NCBI GenBank assembly: GCA_041695045.1
Contig: JBGFRR010000128.1
Location: forward strand, 16,004-80,003
DNA length: 64,000 nt
Direction of reading: 5' to 3'
From: Bacteroidota bacterium
GTDB lineage: Bacteria > Bacteroidota > Ignavibacteria > UBA10030
The position numbers and the translations under genes are program-made. Every line of letters starts with the position of its first letter. The first letter of the stretch is position 1. This document shows, piece by piece, positions 40,907-48,636 of this stretch. The notes under the pieces are model-generated. The model was not told where the DNA came from. It saw only the letters and a program-made list of their open reading frames with translations, and searched no databases.

Positions 40907-41831
40907 TGGGTGAACGCTTTCTCGCTTCGATGAAAACGTACGCCCCCTTCGAGAGACCCAGAGCCATGACGGCGTCATCCATCTTCCGGAGGAATCGTGC
41001 TGCGCGGTACCGTGCCTCTCCCGAAAGCTTCAGCTTTGCCGCTAAGTAATACCAGAAGGGGAGGAACGTGAATGTTTCAACGATATCGAAGCGCGCCGTG
41101 ATTTCCCGAAGAATCGAGTCTTGGGAAATCTCCTCAAACGGCGACTCGGAATGAAGCGTGTTGCGGTTGGAGTGCTTCAGTGCCGCCCGTTTGGACTCCT
41201 CGGTAGCCAAAAAAGCCCTGAGCCGATGACGCAGTTTCCACTTCTCCCGGTACGGCTGGAACGTTGGAAGGAGAGCATACAGTGCGGCAGCCAACAGCTT
41301 GCGAATGCGTTTCATGCCGATGAAGTCGAGTACCAACAAGCGTCCGTGCGACTTCAGTGTGCGCTCAGCCTGCACCAGGACGTGATCGAGTCGGACGAGA
41401 TGATGTAGAGCATCGTGAGCGACAACGGCATCGTATTGTTGTTCGGGGAGTGTTGAGACGTTCAGGTCGCCAACCTTAAATGTTGGAGAGTGAGGCAACG
41501 GTGTTCTGCCGATTCGTTCGCGAGCGCGGTCGATGCGCTCCGGACTTAGGTCAATGCCGTGGACGTGCAGGCCGCGCTGAGCAAGCTGAAGTGCAAGATG
41601 TCCCTCGCCGCAGCCTAATTCGAGCACAGTAGGGCCGGCGGCAACGATGCGGTCAAGGAAATGACGGAACTCGCGACCGAAGAAGATTTCAAACAGCTGC
41701 AGGTCGTGCCAGAGTTGCGGGTTGAGTGGGTCGGCGTGGACGCTGCCCCAGTGCCGCGCTTCCTGTTGGATGAGTGTCTCGTACGTGCTCACGCGGCCAG
41801 TCGTCGCGGTTCCCAGAGTGCCAGTGTGCAT
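40890..41831 (-). CDS. class I SAM-dependent methyltransferase
   Basis: VLELGCGEGHLALQLAQRGLHVHGIDLSPERI (motif I GxGxG). VLDF motif. Stop overlaps the hutI start; start overlaps the VOC gene's 3' end. Confidence 0.7.
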   Translation of the reverse strand: MHTGTLGTATTGRVSTYETLIQQEARHWGSVHADPLNPQLWHDLQLFEIFFGREFRHFLDRIVAAGPTVLELGCGEGHLALQLAQRGLHVHGIDLSPERIDRARERIGRTPLPHSPTFKVGDLNVSTLPEQQYDAVVAHDALHHLVRLDHVLVQAERTLKSHGRLLVLDFIGMKRIRKLLAAALYALLPTFQPYREKWKLRHRLRAFLATEESKRAALKHSNRNTLHSESPFEEISQDSILREITARFDIVETFTFLPFWYYLAAKLKLSGEARYRAARFLRKMDDAVMALGLSKGAYVFIEARKRSPNATAA

Positions 41832-42151
41832 CCATCCGGCGTGGCAAAGTAGGCAAACCAGCCGAGGTTCGGGATGGCGGTTTTTGGCTGGACGACCTTG
41901 CCGCGGGCTCTTCGAATCTGCTTTAACTTCTCGTCAATACTCACCACCTCGATGTGCACGAAGACGCTCGGTTTCTTCGGGATGGACTTAACTTTGTATA
42001 ACAGGCCGCCGGGTTCGTGTCCGGTTTCGATTATCATCATGTCTTTGTAGCCGACCAGCGGCTCGAACTTCCAGTTGAAGAGCTTTCCGAAAAACGCCTG
42101 GGCTTTGTTGAGGTCGGTGGTAGGAATCTCGATGAACGCGAAGTGATACAT
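41789..42151 (-). CDS. VOC-family (glyoxalase/bleomycin-resistance fold) protein
   Basis: MYHFAFIEIPTTDLNKAQAFFGKLFNWKF...GGLLYKV...HIEVVSIDEKLKQIRRARGKV is the typical betaalphabetabetabeta VOC module. 120 aa from the internal Met of the listed ORF. Confidence 0.6.
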   Translation of the reverse strand: MYHFAFIEIPTTDLNKAQAFFGKLFNWKFEPLVGYKDMMIIETGHEPGGLLYKVKSIPKKPSVFVHIEVVSIDEKLKQIRRARGKVVQPKTAIPNLGWFAYFATPDGCTLALWEPRRLAA

Positions 42152-42218
42152 GGTTGCCCACCTCCGGCGGGTGGCGAGGATGAATGCGTAAGCAAGAAAC
42201 GAAGAATCGCCTAAAGAA

Positions 42219-42410
42219 TCAAGGTTGCAGCGGTGGCGTCGGTTCGTAGCCGGGGCAAGAAAGAACAGGAAGGCGGGGATACTTGACAAATCGCGGGTCG
42301 ACATCGGCAAGCGTGCAACGATAAAACATGCTGCCGCGCGAGGTCGTGATCACCTGAGCGTGACGACAGTTCTCACACAGACCGATGGATGGATTCTGTG
42401 GTGTCGGCAT
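42219..42410 (-). CDS. small Cys-containing protein, possible zinc ribbon (C-x2-C ... C ... C); hypothetical
   Basis: MPTPQNPSIGLCENCRHAQVITTSRGSMFYRCTLADVDPRFVKYPRLPVLSCPGYE, 63 aa. Sits 16 nt after the hutU stop in the same array. Could be non-coding. Confidence 0.25.
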   Translation of the reverse strand: MPTPQNPSIGLCENCRHAQVITTSRGSMFYRCTLADVDPRFVKYPRLPVLSCPGYEPTPPLQP

Positions 42411-42426
42411 GAAGAGTTTTTCCTTC

Positions 42427-44085
42427 TTACAACATCGGAATCGTGATATCCCATCGTCGTGCATTCTCGATGGCGTGTTCATATCCTGCATCTGCGTGGC
42501 GGACGATGCCCATGCCGGGGTCGTACGTCAGTACGCGCTGTACACGCGCCGCAGCTTCTTTCGACCCGTCACACACAACCACCATTCCCGCATGGATCGA
42601 AAGTCCGATACCCACACCGCCGCCGTGGTGCACGCTCACCCAGCTTGCGCCGCCCACGGCGTTGAGAAGGGCGTTGAGGATTGGCCAGTCGGCGATGGCG
42701 TCGCTGCCGTCCTGCATCTGTTCTGTTTCGCGGTTTGGTGAAGCGACGCTCCCGCAGTCGAGATGGTCGCGGCCGATCACGATGGGCGCCTTCAGTTCGC
42801 CGTGCGCGACCATGTCGTTGAAAATCTTCCCCATCGTTGCCCGCTCACCGTACCCGAGCCAACAGATGCGCGCGGGGAGTCCCTGGAATGCGACCTGCTT
42901 TTGCGCCTTCTCAATCCAATTGCAAAGCTGCTTGTTCTCTGGGAAAGTCTCCATCACGGCGCGATCAGTGCGATAAATGTCGTCCGGGTCTCCGGAGAGA
43001 GCGGCCCACCGGAATGGCCCCTTGCCGTCGCAGAACAGCGGACGGATGAATTCGGGTACGAAGCCCGGAATGTCAAACGCGTTCTTCGCACCGTTCGTAT
43101 GCGCCTCGCCGCGGATGTTGTTACCGTAGTCGAACACGACCGCTCCTTTTCGTTGAAGTCGAAGGAGTCCCTTGACGTGCTCAACAATCGATTTCCGTGC
43201 GAGCGTAACGTACTTCTTCGGGTTCTTTGTTCGTAACTCCAACGCTTTTGCGTATGGTAAACCCGCCGGCACGTAGCCGTTCAGTGTATCGTGTGCCGAT
43301 GTTTGGTCGGTGACGACATCGGCAATGAATGTGCCCGCGGCGATGCGCGGGATGATATCGGCGGCATTCGCAAGCAACCCAACGGACAACGGCCGCTTCG
43401 TTTCCGTTGCTTCCTTGATCAGGCGGATGGCCTCGTCGAAGTCATCCGTCATCCGGTCGAGATACCGCGTGGCGAGGCGTTTTTCGATGCGTGAGCGGTC
43501 GACTTCGACGACGAGACACGCTGCGCCGTTCATCGTTGCTGCGAGCGGTTGCGCACCGCCCATCCCGCCGAGTCCTGCTGTGAGCACAAAGCGGCCGCTG
43601 AGATTTCCGCCGAAGTACTTCGCGGCGCAGGCGGCGAATGTTTCGTACGTGCCTTGAAGGATTCCCTGCGTGCCGATGTAGATCCAGCTTCCTGCCGTCA
43701 TTTGTCCGTACATGGTGAGGCCGAGCGCTTCGAGGCGGCGGAATTCGTCCCACGTCGCCCACTGCGGCACGAGCATCGCATTGCTGATGAGCACACGCGG
43801 AGCATCCGGGTATGTTTTGAAAACACCGACCGGTTTTCCGGATTGCACGAGCAGTGTTTCATCGTTTTCCAGGTAGCGCAGACTTCGCACGATGGCCTCA
43901 TAGCATTCCCAGTTGCGCGCTGCCTTGCCGGTGCCTCCGTAGACGATCAGTTCGTTCGGCTTCTCGGCAACGTCAGGGTCGAGGTTGTTCATGAGCATTC
44001 TGAGAGCAGCTTCCTGGAGCCAGCTCTTACAGGATCGTTCCGTGCCGCGTGGTGCGCGGATGATGCGGGTGGGTTTATGAGGCAT
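42427..44085 (-). CDS. hutU: urocanate hydratase
   Basis: 552 aa. [10 protein letters not shown]...[15 protein letters not shown]...[24 protein letters not shown]-binding urocanase motifs. Confidence 0.9.
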   Translation of the reverse strand: MPHKPTRIIRAPRGTERSCKSWLQEAALRMLMNNLDPDVAEKPNELIVYGGTGKAARNWECYEAIVRSLRYLENDETLLVQSGKPVGVFKTYPDAPRVLISNAMLVPQWATWDEFRRLEALGLTMYGQMTAGSWIYIGTQGILQGTYETFAACAAKYFGGNLSGRFVLTAGLGGMGGAQPLAATMNGAACLVVEVDRSRIEKRLATRYLDRMTDDFDEAIRLIKEATETKRPLSVGLLANAADIIPRIAAGTFIADVVTDQTSAHDTLNGYVPAGLPYAKALELRTKNPKKYVTLARKSIVEHVKGLLRLQRKGAVVFDYGNNIRGEAHTNGAKNAFDIPGFVPEFIRPLFCDGKGPFRWAALSGDPDDIYRTDRAVMETFPENKQLCNWIEKAQKQVAFQGLPARICWLGYGERATMGKIFNDMVAHGELKAPIVIGRDHLDCGSVASPNRETEQMQDGSDAIADWPILNALLNAVGGASWVSVHHGGGVGIGLSIHAGMVVVCDGSKEAAARVQRVLTYDPGMGIVRHADAGYEHAIENARRWDITIPML

Positions 44086-44323
44086 GAGAACATCTCGCTG
44101 TGGAAATTCGAAATACGAAACTCGAAATACGAAATAAATTCAATGCTTCATTTGCTTCAATGTAGTTTGCACCAACCGATCCCGCAGCACGAATAAGTTG
44201 TTTGCCATACTCGAAGTTCGCGGCGTTGTTCGGAAGCTTTATGACAAACTCTCCCGCCCTCCGGGCAAACGCTTCTGTTCGCTCTTCAAGGTCGTAACGT
44301 TTTGGATTTTGAGAGTTTGACAT
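44075..44323 (-). pseudogene. four-helix-bundle protein (TIGR02436-like) remnant, C-terminally replaced by repeat-derived sequence
   Basis: MSNSQNPKRYDLEERTEAFARRAGEFVIKLPNNAANFEYGKQLIRAAGSVGANYIEANEAL matches the first two-thirds of the family. The remaining 21 codons ([13 protein letters not shown]...) are encoded by the GAAAT/CGTATTTCG repeat block, and the frame ends at the hutU start. Confidence 0.45.
44093..44135. repeat. tandem CGAAATACGAAA-type short repeats
   Basis: ggaaattcGAAATACGAAActcGAAATACGAAAtaaattc. Related to the motifs at 44320-44366 and 45857-45932. Confidence 0.4.
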
Positions 44324-44366
44324 GTTTCGAATTTGTTTAGGATTTCGAAATTCGGATTTCGTGTTT
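44320..44366. repeat. TTTCGAA/CGGATTTCG short-repeat block
   Basis: atgTTTCGAAtttgtttaggATTTCGAAATTCGGATTTCGtgtttattt shares the CGGATTTCG / CGAAAT core with the other two loci. Confidence 0.4.
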
Positions 44367-44841
44367 ATTTGAAAGCGATTGCTGCAATCTCCACAATTGC
44401 TTTCCGTGGGAGATTCGAGACCTCGACGGTCGTCCGTGCGGGATAGCGTCCCTCCGGGAAATATCCGCCGTAGATTAAATTCATCTTCGGGAAGTCGTTG
44501 ATGTCTTTCAGAAACACATTGCATTGCACGACATGGCTCGAGTCGTATCCGGCTTGACGGAGAATGGCCATGAGGTTATCCAACGCCTGTCGGGTTTGGC
44601 TCTCGATGTCGTCTCCCGCTAATTGAACGGTTTCGGGATTCAGCCCGATCTGTCCCGCAACGAAGAGAAAGTTCCCTACCTTCACGGCGGGGCTGTAGGG
44701 TCCGATCACGCGCGCATCGGTAACGAACGTGCGCTCGCCGACGCGGAGCAGTTCCTCCTGAATCATCCTTCGAATGTCCTCATCGCTGTTCCCACACCCG
44801 ACGACAAGCATCGCAATGACAACTGTTACGAGAGCTTTCAT
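44365..44841 (-). CDS. RidA/YjgF-family (reactive-intermediate deaminase) protein carrying an N-terminal lipoprotein signal peptide
   Basis: MKALVTVVIAMLVVGC lipobox, then ...VKVGNFLFVAGQIGLNPETVQLAGDDIESQTRQALDNLMAILRQAG... and C-terminal ...RTTVEVSNLPRKAIVEIAAIAFK RidA signature. Confidence 0.75.
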   Translation of the reverse strand: MKALVTVVIAMLVVGCGNSDEDIRRMIQEELLRVGERTFVTDARVIGPYSPAVKVGNFLFVAGQIGLNPETVQLAGDDIESQTRQALDNLMAILRQAGYDSSHVVQCNVFLKDINDFPKMNLIYGGYFPEGRYPARTTVEVSNLPRKAIVEIAAIAFK

Positions 44842-44860
44842 AATCAGTCCCCTTTCATGA

Positions 44861-45343
44861 CTACAATTTGTACCCTATCGTGCGGAGCAGTTCTTTCCTG
44901 TGTTTGATGTCCTCATCCGTCTCAACGCCCTTGGATTGGAATCCATCTACCACACCGACGATGCCGCGTCCTTGTTCAGTCTCGGCGACGAGCACTTCCG
45001 TCGGATTCGCCGTTGCGCAGTAGATGTGGCAAACCTCCGGCACGTTCTTGATCGCATTCAGGATATTGACCGGGAAACCATTCTCCATAAAGAGAATGAA
45101 ACAATGCCCGCACGCGACTGCGAGGGCGTTCTTTTTGGCAAGGTCAACAAGGTTCTCGTCGTTACCCACCCAGCGAACAAGACATGGGCCGGATGCTTCG
45201 CAAAAGGCAAGGCCAAAGCGCATCTGTGGATTGGTTTGCACCACTGCCTCGTAGATGTCCTCAACCGTTTTGATGAAATGACTCTGGCCGAGGATGAAGT
45301 TCGTCGCTTCGGGTTTTTCAATCTTGACAGCGCTGATGTTCAT
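44861..45343 (-). CDS. PF04008-like ('adenosine-specific kinase' family) protein
   Basis: [34 protein letters not shown]...[11 protein letters not shown] resembles the archaeal/bacterial PF04008 family. Family assignment is from memory of the motif, not a search. Confidence 0.45.
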   Translation of the reverse strand: MNISAVKIEKPEATNFILGQSHFIKTVEDIYEAVVQTNPQMRFGLAFCEASGPCLVRWVGNDENLVDLAKKNALAVACGHCFILFMENGFPVNILNAIKNVPEVCHIYCATANPTEVLVAETEQGRGIVGVVDGFQSKGVETDEDIKHRKELLRTIGYKL

Positions 45344-45363
45344 GGTATCTCCTGTACTGGTTG

Positions 45364-45852
45364 TCATGATCCAATGGCGTCGAAGAGATTCACCGGCAGC
45401 AGCCACGTGAGCGTTCCACTGCCGCGTTCAAGTGGTGTTGGCGACTCGATGCATGCAAGGCTTGCCTTTTTTATCTCAATGCGCGCGTTCGTGCTTTGGG
45501 CAACAAGGATGGAAGCCGTCGAGCTGAGGTGTGGCTCGTGGCCGACGAGGAGAACGGTCGTCGGAGGGGAGGAATTCAACAGGGCGAGCACGTTGGCGGG
45601 ATTACTGTCCGGCACGAGTGCTTCCGACACAATCGGTGTTGGCAGGCCAAGGGCTTGCTGGATCGCGCCCGCCATTTGCTGTGCACGCAGCAGTGGGCTT
45701 GTGATGATGCGTTCGATGGCGATGCGTTTTGCCTTGAGGAAGGTTGCTACCTGGTGTGCTTGGGTCAGGCCGAGCGGTGTGAGAGGGCGGTCGCGGTCGT
45801 GGAGAGAAGGATGCTGAACCGCATCACCGTGTCGAAGCAGAACGAGGAGCAT
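45364..45852 (-). CDS. sixA: phosphohistidine phosphatase SixA (histidine-phosphatase superfamily)
   Basis: [11 protein letters not shown] (RHG catalytic motif), [20 protein letters not shown]. Start at the internal Met MLLVLLRHG. Confidence 0.7.
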   Translation of the reverse strand: MLLVLLRHGDAVQHPSLHDRDRPLTPLGLTQAHQVATFLKAKRIAIERIITSPLLRAQQMAGAIQQALGLPTPIVSEALVPDSNPANVLALLNSSPPTTVLLVGHEPHLSSTASILVAQSTNARIEIKKASLACIESPTPLERGSGTLTWLLPVNLFDAIGS

Positions 45853-45856
45853 GTTG

Positions 45857-45932
45857 ATTGCGGATTTCGGAATGCGGATTGTGGAATGATTTTTTAATCC
45901 GAAATCCGCAATCTGCAACCCGAAATCGGATC
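45857..45932. repeat. near-perfect 14 nt inverted repeat (attgcggatttcgg ... ccgaaatccgcaat) plus a trailing partial copy, in the RR-sixA spacer
   Basis: The two arms are separated by about 28 nt (aatgcggattgtggaatgattttttaat). ...cccgaaatcggatc follows. Same CGGATTTCG/CGAAATCCG core as at 44.1 and 44.3 kb. Confidence 0.45.
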
Positions 45933-47304
45933 ACGATTTGGTAAGGTTGTATTGCTGAATCTTGGTATAGAGTGTTTTGAGACTAATACCGAGCACTTTT
46001 GCCGCAATACTTTTGTTCCAGTGCAGGTTGTTCAGGACGGCCTGGATATGCGCTTTTTCGACCTCGCGAATCGACACCGAGCTGCCGACCAACGAGCCGC
46101 CGTCGTGATGCTGCTGTTCGAACATCGGTCGGACGCCGAGCGGGAGCGCGAGGTCTTCGGGGCGGATGATATGATCGCGGCAGAGGATTGCGGCTCGTTC
46201 GATGACGTTCTCGAGTTCCCGCACGTTGCCGGGCCAATCGTATTGTGTGAGGATGTCGAGCGCTTTGGGGTCGATGCGCTTTGGTTCGCCCGCGCGGAAG
46301 CGGTTCTTGAGAAAGTAATGAACCAACAGCGGAATATCCTCCTTGCGCTCGCGGAGCGGCGGCAGGCTCAGCGTGATGACATTAAGCCGGTATATCAGAT
46401 CTTCACGGAATCGTCCTTCGGCGACCTCATGCCGCAAGTCCTTGTTGGTTGCCGAGATGATGCGGACGTCGGCTTTCATCGTTTTGTTTGCGCCCACGCG
46501 GCGATATTCGCCCGTCTGCAGGAATCGCAACAATTTCGGCTGCACAACAAGGCTGATCTCGCCGACCTCATCAAGAAAGAGCGTGCCGCCGTGAGCGATC
46601 TCCACCAGACCCGGCTTCGTGGCAACGGCGTCCGTAAACGCACCTTTCTCGTGGCCGAAGAGTTCGCTTTCGATCAGTGTTTCCGGGATCGAGGCGCAAT
46701 TGAGCGCGACGAACGGCTGGTCGTTCCGGAGACTGTTCCGATGAATGAAGTGAGCGATAAGCTCTTTGCCGGTGCCGCTTGCCCCTTGAATCAGAACGGA
46801 GGAGTCGGTTGGCGCAACCTTGGAGCAGAGCTTGAGAACCTCCAGGAACGCCTTACTGCTTCCCACGATGTCGGCGGAGAGTGCGTGGCGCTGGAGTTCA
46901 GTCTTCAGTGCCGCGTTCTCGATCATCAGCCGCTTGCGTTCCAGTGCACGGTCGATCACGGTGAGAATTTCGTCGGCGGAAACCGGCTTGTTCACATAGC
47001 TGTAGGCGCCGAGCTGCATGCACTCGACAGCAAGCTTGATATCGGACACACCGGTTACCATGATCACCGGCATATCCAGAAAATGGTCTTTGATGTATTT
47101 CAGCACTTCAAGACCGTCGACGCGAGGCATCTTCAGGTCAAGGAGCACAAGGTCGAACGATGTCGATTGGAGTTTGTTGATAGCGGCGATACCGTCGGAC
47201 GCGGTGGTGACGCTGTAGTGCTTCTGGCTCAACAAACTCGCGATGATCTCGAGGAAGGTTTCTTCGTCGTCAACAACCAGTATCGAGATCGTCGGGCGGG
47301 ACAT
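45931..47304 (-). CDS. sigma-54-dependent response regulator (REC - AAA+ sigma-54 activator - Fis-type HTH), NtrC family
   Basis: ILVVDDEETFLEII..D REC. GASGTGKELIAHFIHRNS Walker A. GHEKGAFTDAV (GAFTGA). C-terminal HTH. Confidence 0.85.
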   Translation of the reverse strand: MSRPTISILVVDDEETFLEIIASLLSQKHYSVTTASDGIAAINKLQSTSFDLVLLDLKMPRVDGLEVLKYIKDHFLDMPVIMVTGVSDIKLAVECMQLGAYSYVNKPVSADEILTVIDRALERKRLMIENAALKTELQRHALSADIVGSSKAFLEVLKLCSKVAPTDSSVLIQGASGTGKELIAHFIHRNSLRNDQPFVALNCASIPETLIESELFGHEKGAFTDAVATKPGLVEIAHGGTLFLDEVGEISLVVQPKLLRFLQTGEYRRVGANKTMKADVRIISATNKDLRHEVAEGRFREDLIYRLNVITLSLPPLRERKEDIPLLVHYFLKNRFRAGEPKRIDPKALDILTQYDWPGNVRELENVIERAAILCRDHIIRPEDLALPLGVRPMFEQQHHDGGSLVGSSVSIREVEKAHIQAVLNNLHWNKSIAAKVLGISLKTLYTKIQQYNLTKS

Positions 47305-47322
47305 CGTCGGGCGGGTGTTTGC

Positions 47323-48429
47323 TTACTTGACCAGTAGAGCGAAGAAAAAGGTGGTACCTTTTCCGGGTTCGGACTCAACCCAGATTTTTCCGTTATGCGC
47401 TTCGATGATGCGCTGACAGATAATGAGACCCAGGCCGCTTGTTGTCTTGTTGTCTTTTGTCGTCGACACAACATTCCGATAGCGGTCGAAAATGAACGGC
47501 AGTTGCTCCTTGGGAATTCCTTTGCCGGTATTGAACACGGACACAAGCACGAAATCCTGCGGTGGCTGGCCCTCTTCGACGACGAGGGCGACTGTGCGCG
47601 TCTGTGTGGCAATGGCTCCTTCGGCCGGTGTATACTTTAACGCGTTGCTGAGGAAGCTCTGAACGACTTGCTCGATCTTCTGTGCGTCGAATTCGATCGG
47701 TGGTAAATCGGGGTCCGCATGGACTTCAAGGGCTATCCTACTTGATTGCGCCGGAACGCGAAACTCCTGCACAATTTTTCCGACGACATCGGCAATGTTC
47801 CCGATCCCCTTGTTCAGACGAACACGTCCTCCCTCAAGCTTCGTGAGATCCATCATATCGTTGAGGAGGGAGATGACCTTATCGATGGACGTCATCATGT
47901 ACCCCATGAGTTCCTTCTGATGGTCGCCCAACGGTCCGGCCATCCCTTTCATGAGATAACCGATGCTCTGTTTTAACCCGGAGATAGGGTTGTGGAGGTC
48001 GTAGAGCAGTCGCGCAGTGTGTTCAGCCTGAAGCTGGCGGATGCGTTCCTCGGCGTCACGCTTCTTGATGAGGGACCGGAGTTGGGGCACAAGCTGGTCA
48101 AGATCGACAGGCTTGGTGAGGTACTCCTTTGCCCCTAACTTCATTGCCTCCACCGCCATGCTCACGTCGCTCATGCCGGTCATCATCACCACTTCGGTCG
48201 GGTTGGAATTCTTCTTGATGAACCGCAGCACTTCGAGTCCGTTTGCGCCGGGCATCTTGATATCCAGCAAGGCGATGTCGAAATCCTTTCCCTGGACCTT
48301 CTTAATCGCTTCGAGTCCGTCGGCTGCTTGTTCGACCTGAAAACCCTCGTCGCCGAGCCACGCAGCGATGGTGGTTCGCAAGGCTTCTTCGTCGTCGGCA
48401 ATGAGAACGTTGATGGGCTCTTGGTCCAT
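47323..48429 (-). CDS. hybrid histidine kinase lacking a sensor domain (N-terminal REC - HisKA - HATPase_c)
   Basis: MDQEPINVLIADDEEALRTTIAAWL...DIALLDIKMPGANGLEV REC. HTARLLYDLHNPISGL H-box. C-terminal GLGLIICQRIIEAHNGKIWVESEPGKGTTFFF. The listed ORF is extended about 800 nt upstream through hutH on the opposite strand; that extension is rejected. Confidence 0.75.
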   Translation of the reverse strand: MDQEPINVLIADDEEALRTTIAAWLGDEGFQVEQAADGLEAIKKVQGKDFDIALLDIKMPGANGLEVLRFIKKNSNPTEVVMMTGMSDVSMAVEAMKLGAKEYLTKPVDLDQLVPQLRSLIKKRDAEERIRQLQAEHTARLLYDLHNPISGLKQSIGYLMKGMAGPLGDHQKELMGYMMTSIDKVISLLNDMMDLTKLEGGRVRLNKGIGNIADVVGKIVQEFRVPAQSSRIALEVHADPDLPPIEFDAQKIEQVVQSFLSNALKYTPAEGAIATQTRTVALVVEEGQPPQDFVLVSVFNTGKGIPKEQLPFIFDRYRNVVSTTKDNKTTSGLGLIICQRIIEAHNGKIWVESEPGKGTTFFFALLVK

Positions 48430-48636
48430 AGAGCAATACTTTGTGGAGGGTGTGGGCGTTTGCTGAATCTCGAAAACGATGGTGCGATCATGAAGGAAAC
48501 CGGACCGAACAGTGTTACGTGCAAACGCGGGGAAATGATAACGAGATTCGCCCGAAAAGTCAATGCGCATGCGTGCAATTCTGTTGAATTTCTTCACTTG
48601 CTCTGCTACATTAGTGTATATTCTTACCTCCTTACT

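Noticed and set aside
44086-44364. sigma-54 -24/-12 promoter upstream of hutU
   Set aside because: The closest approximation (TGGTGC ... ATTG on the minus strand) has wrong spacing and a mismatched -24 element. Left as something to test computationally rather than called.
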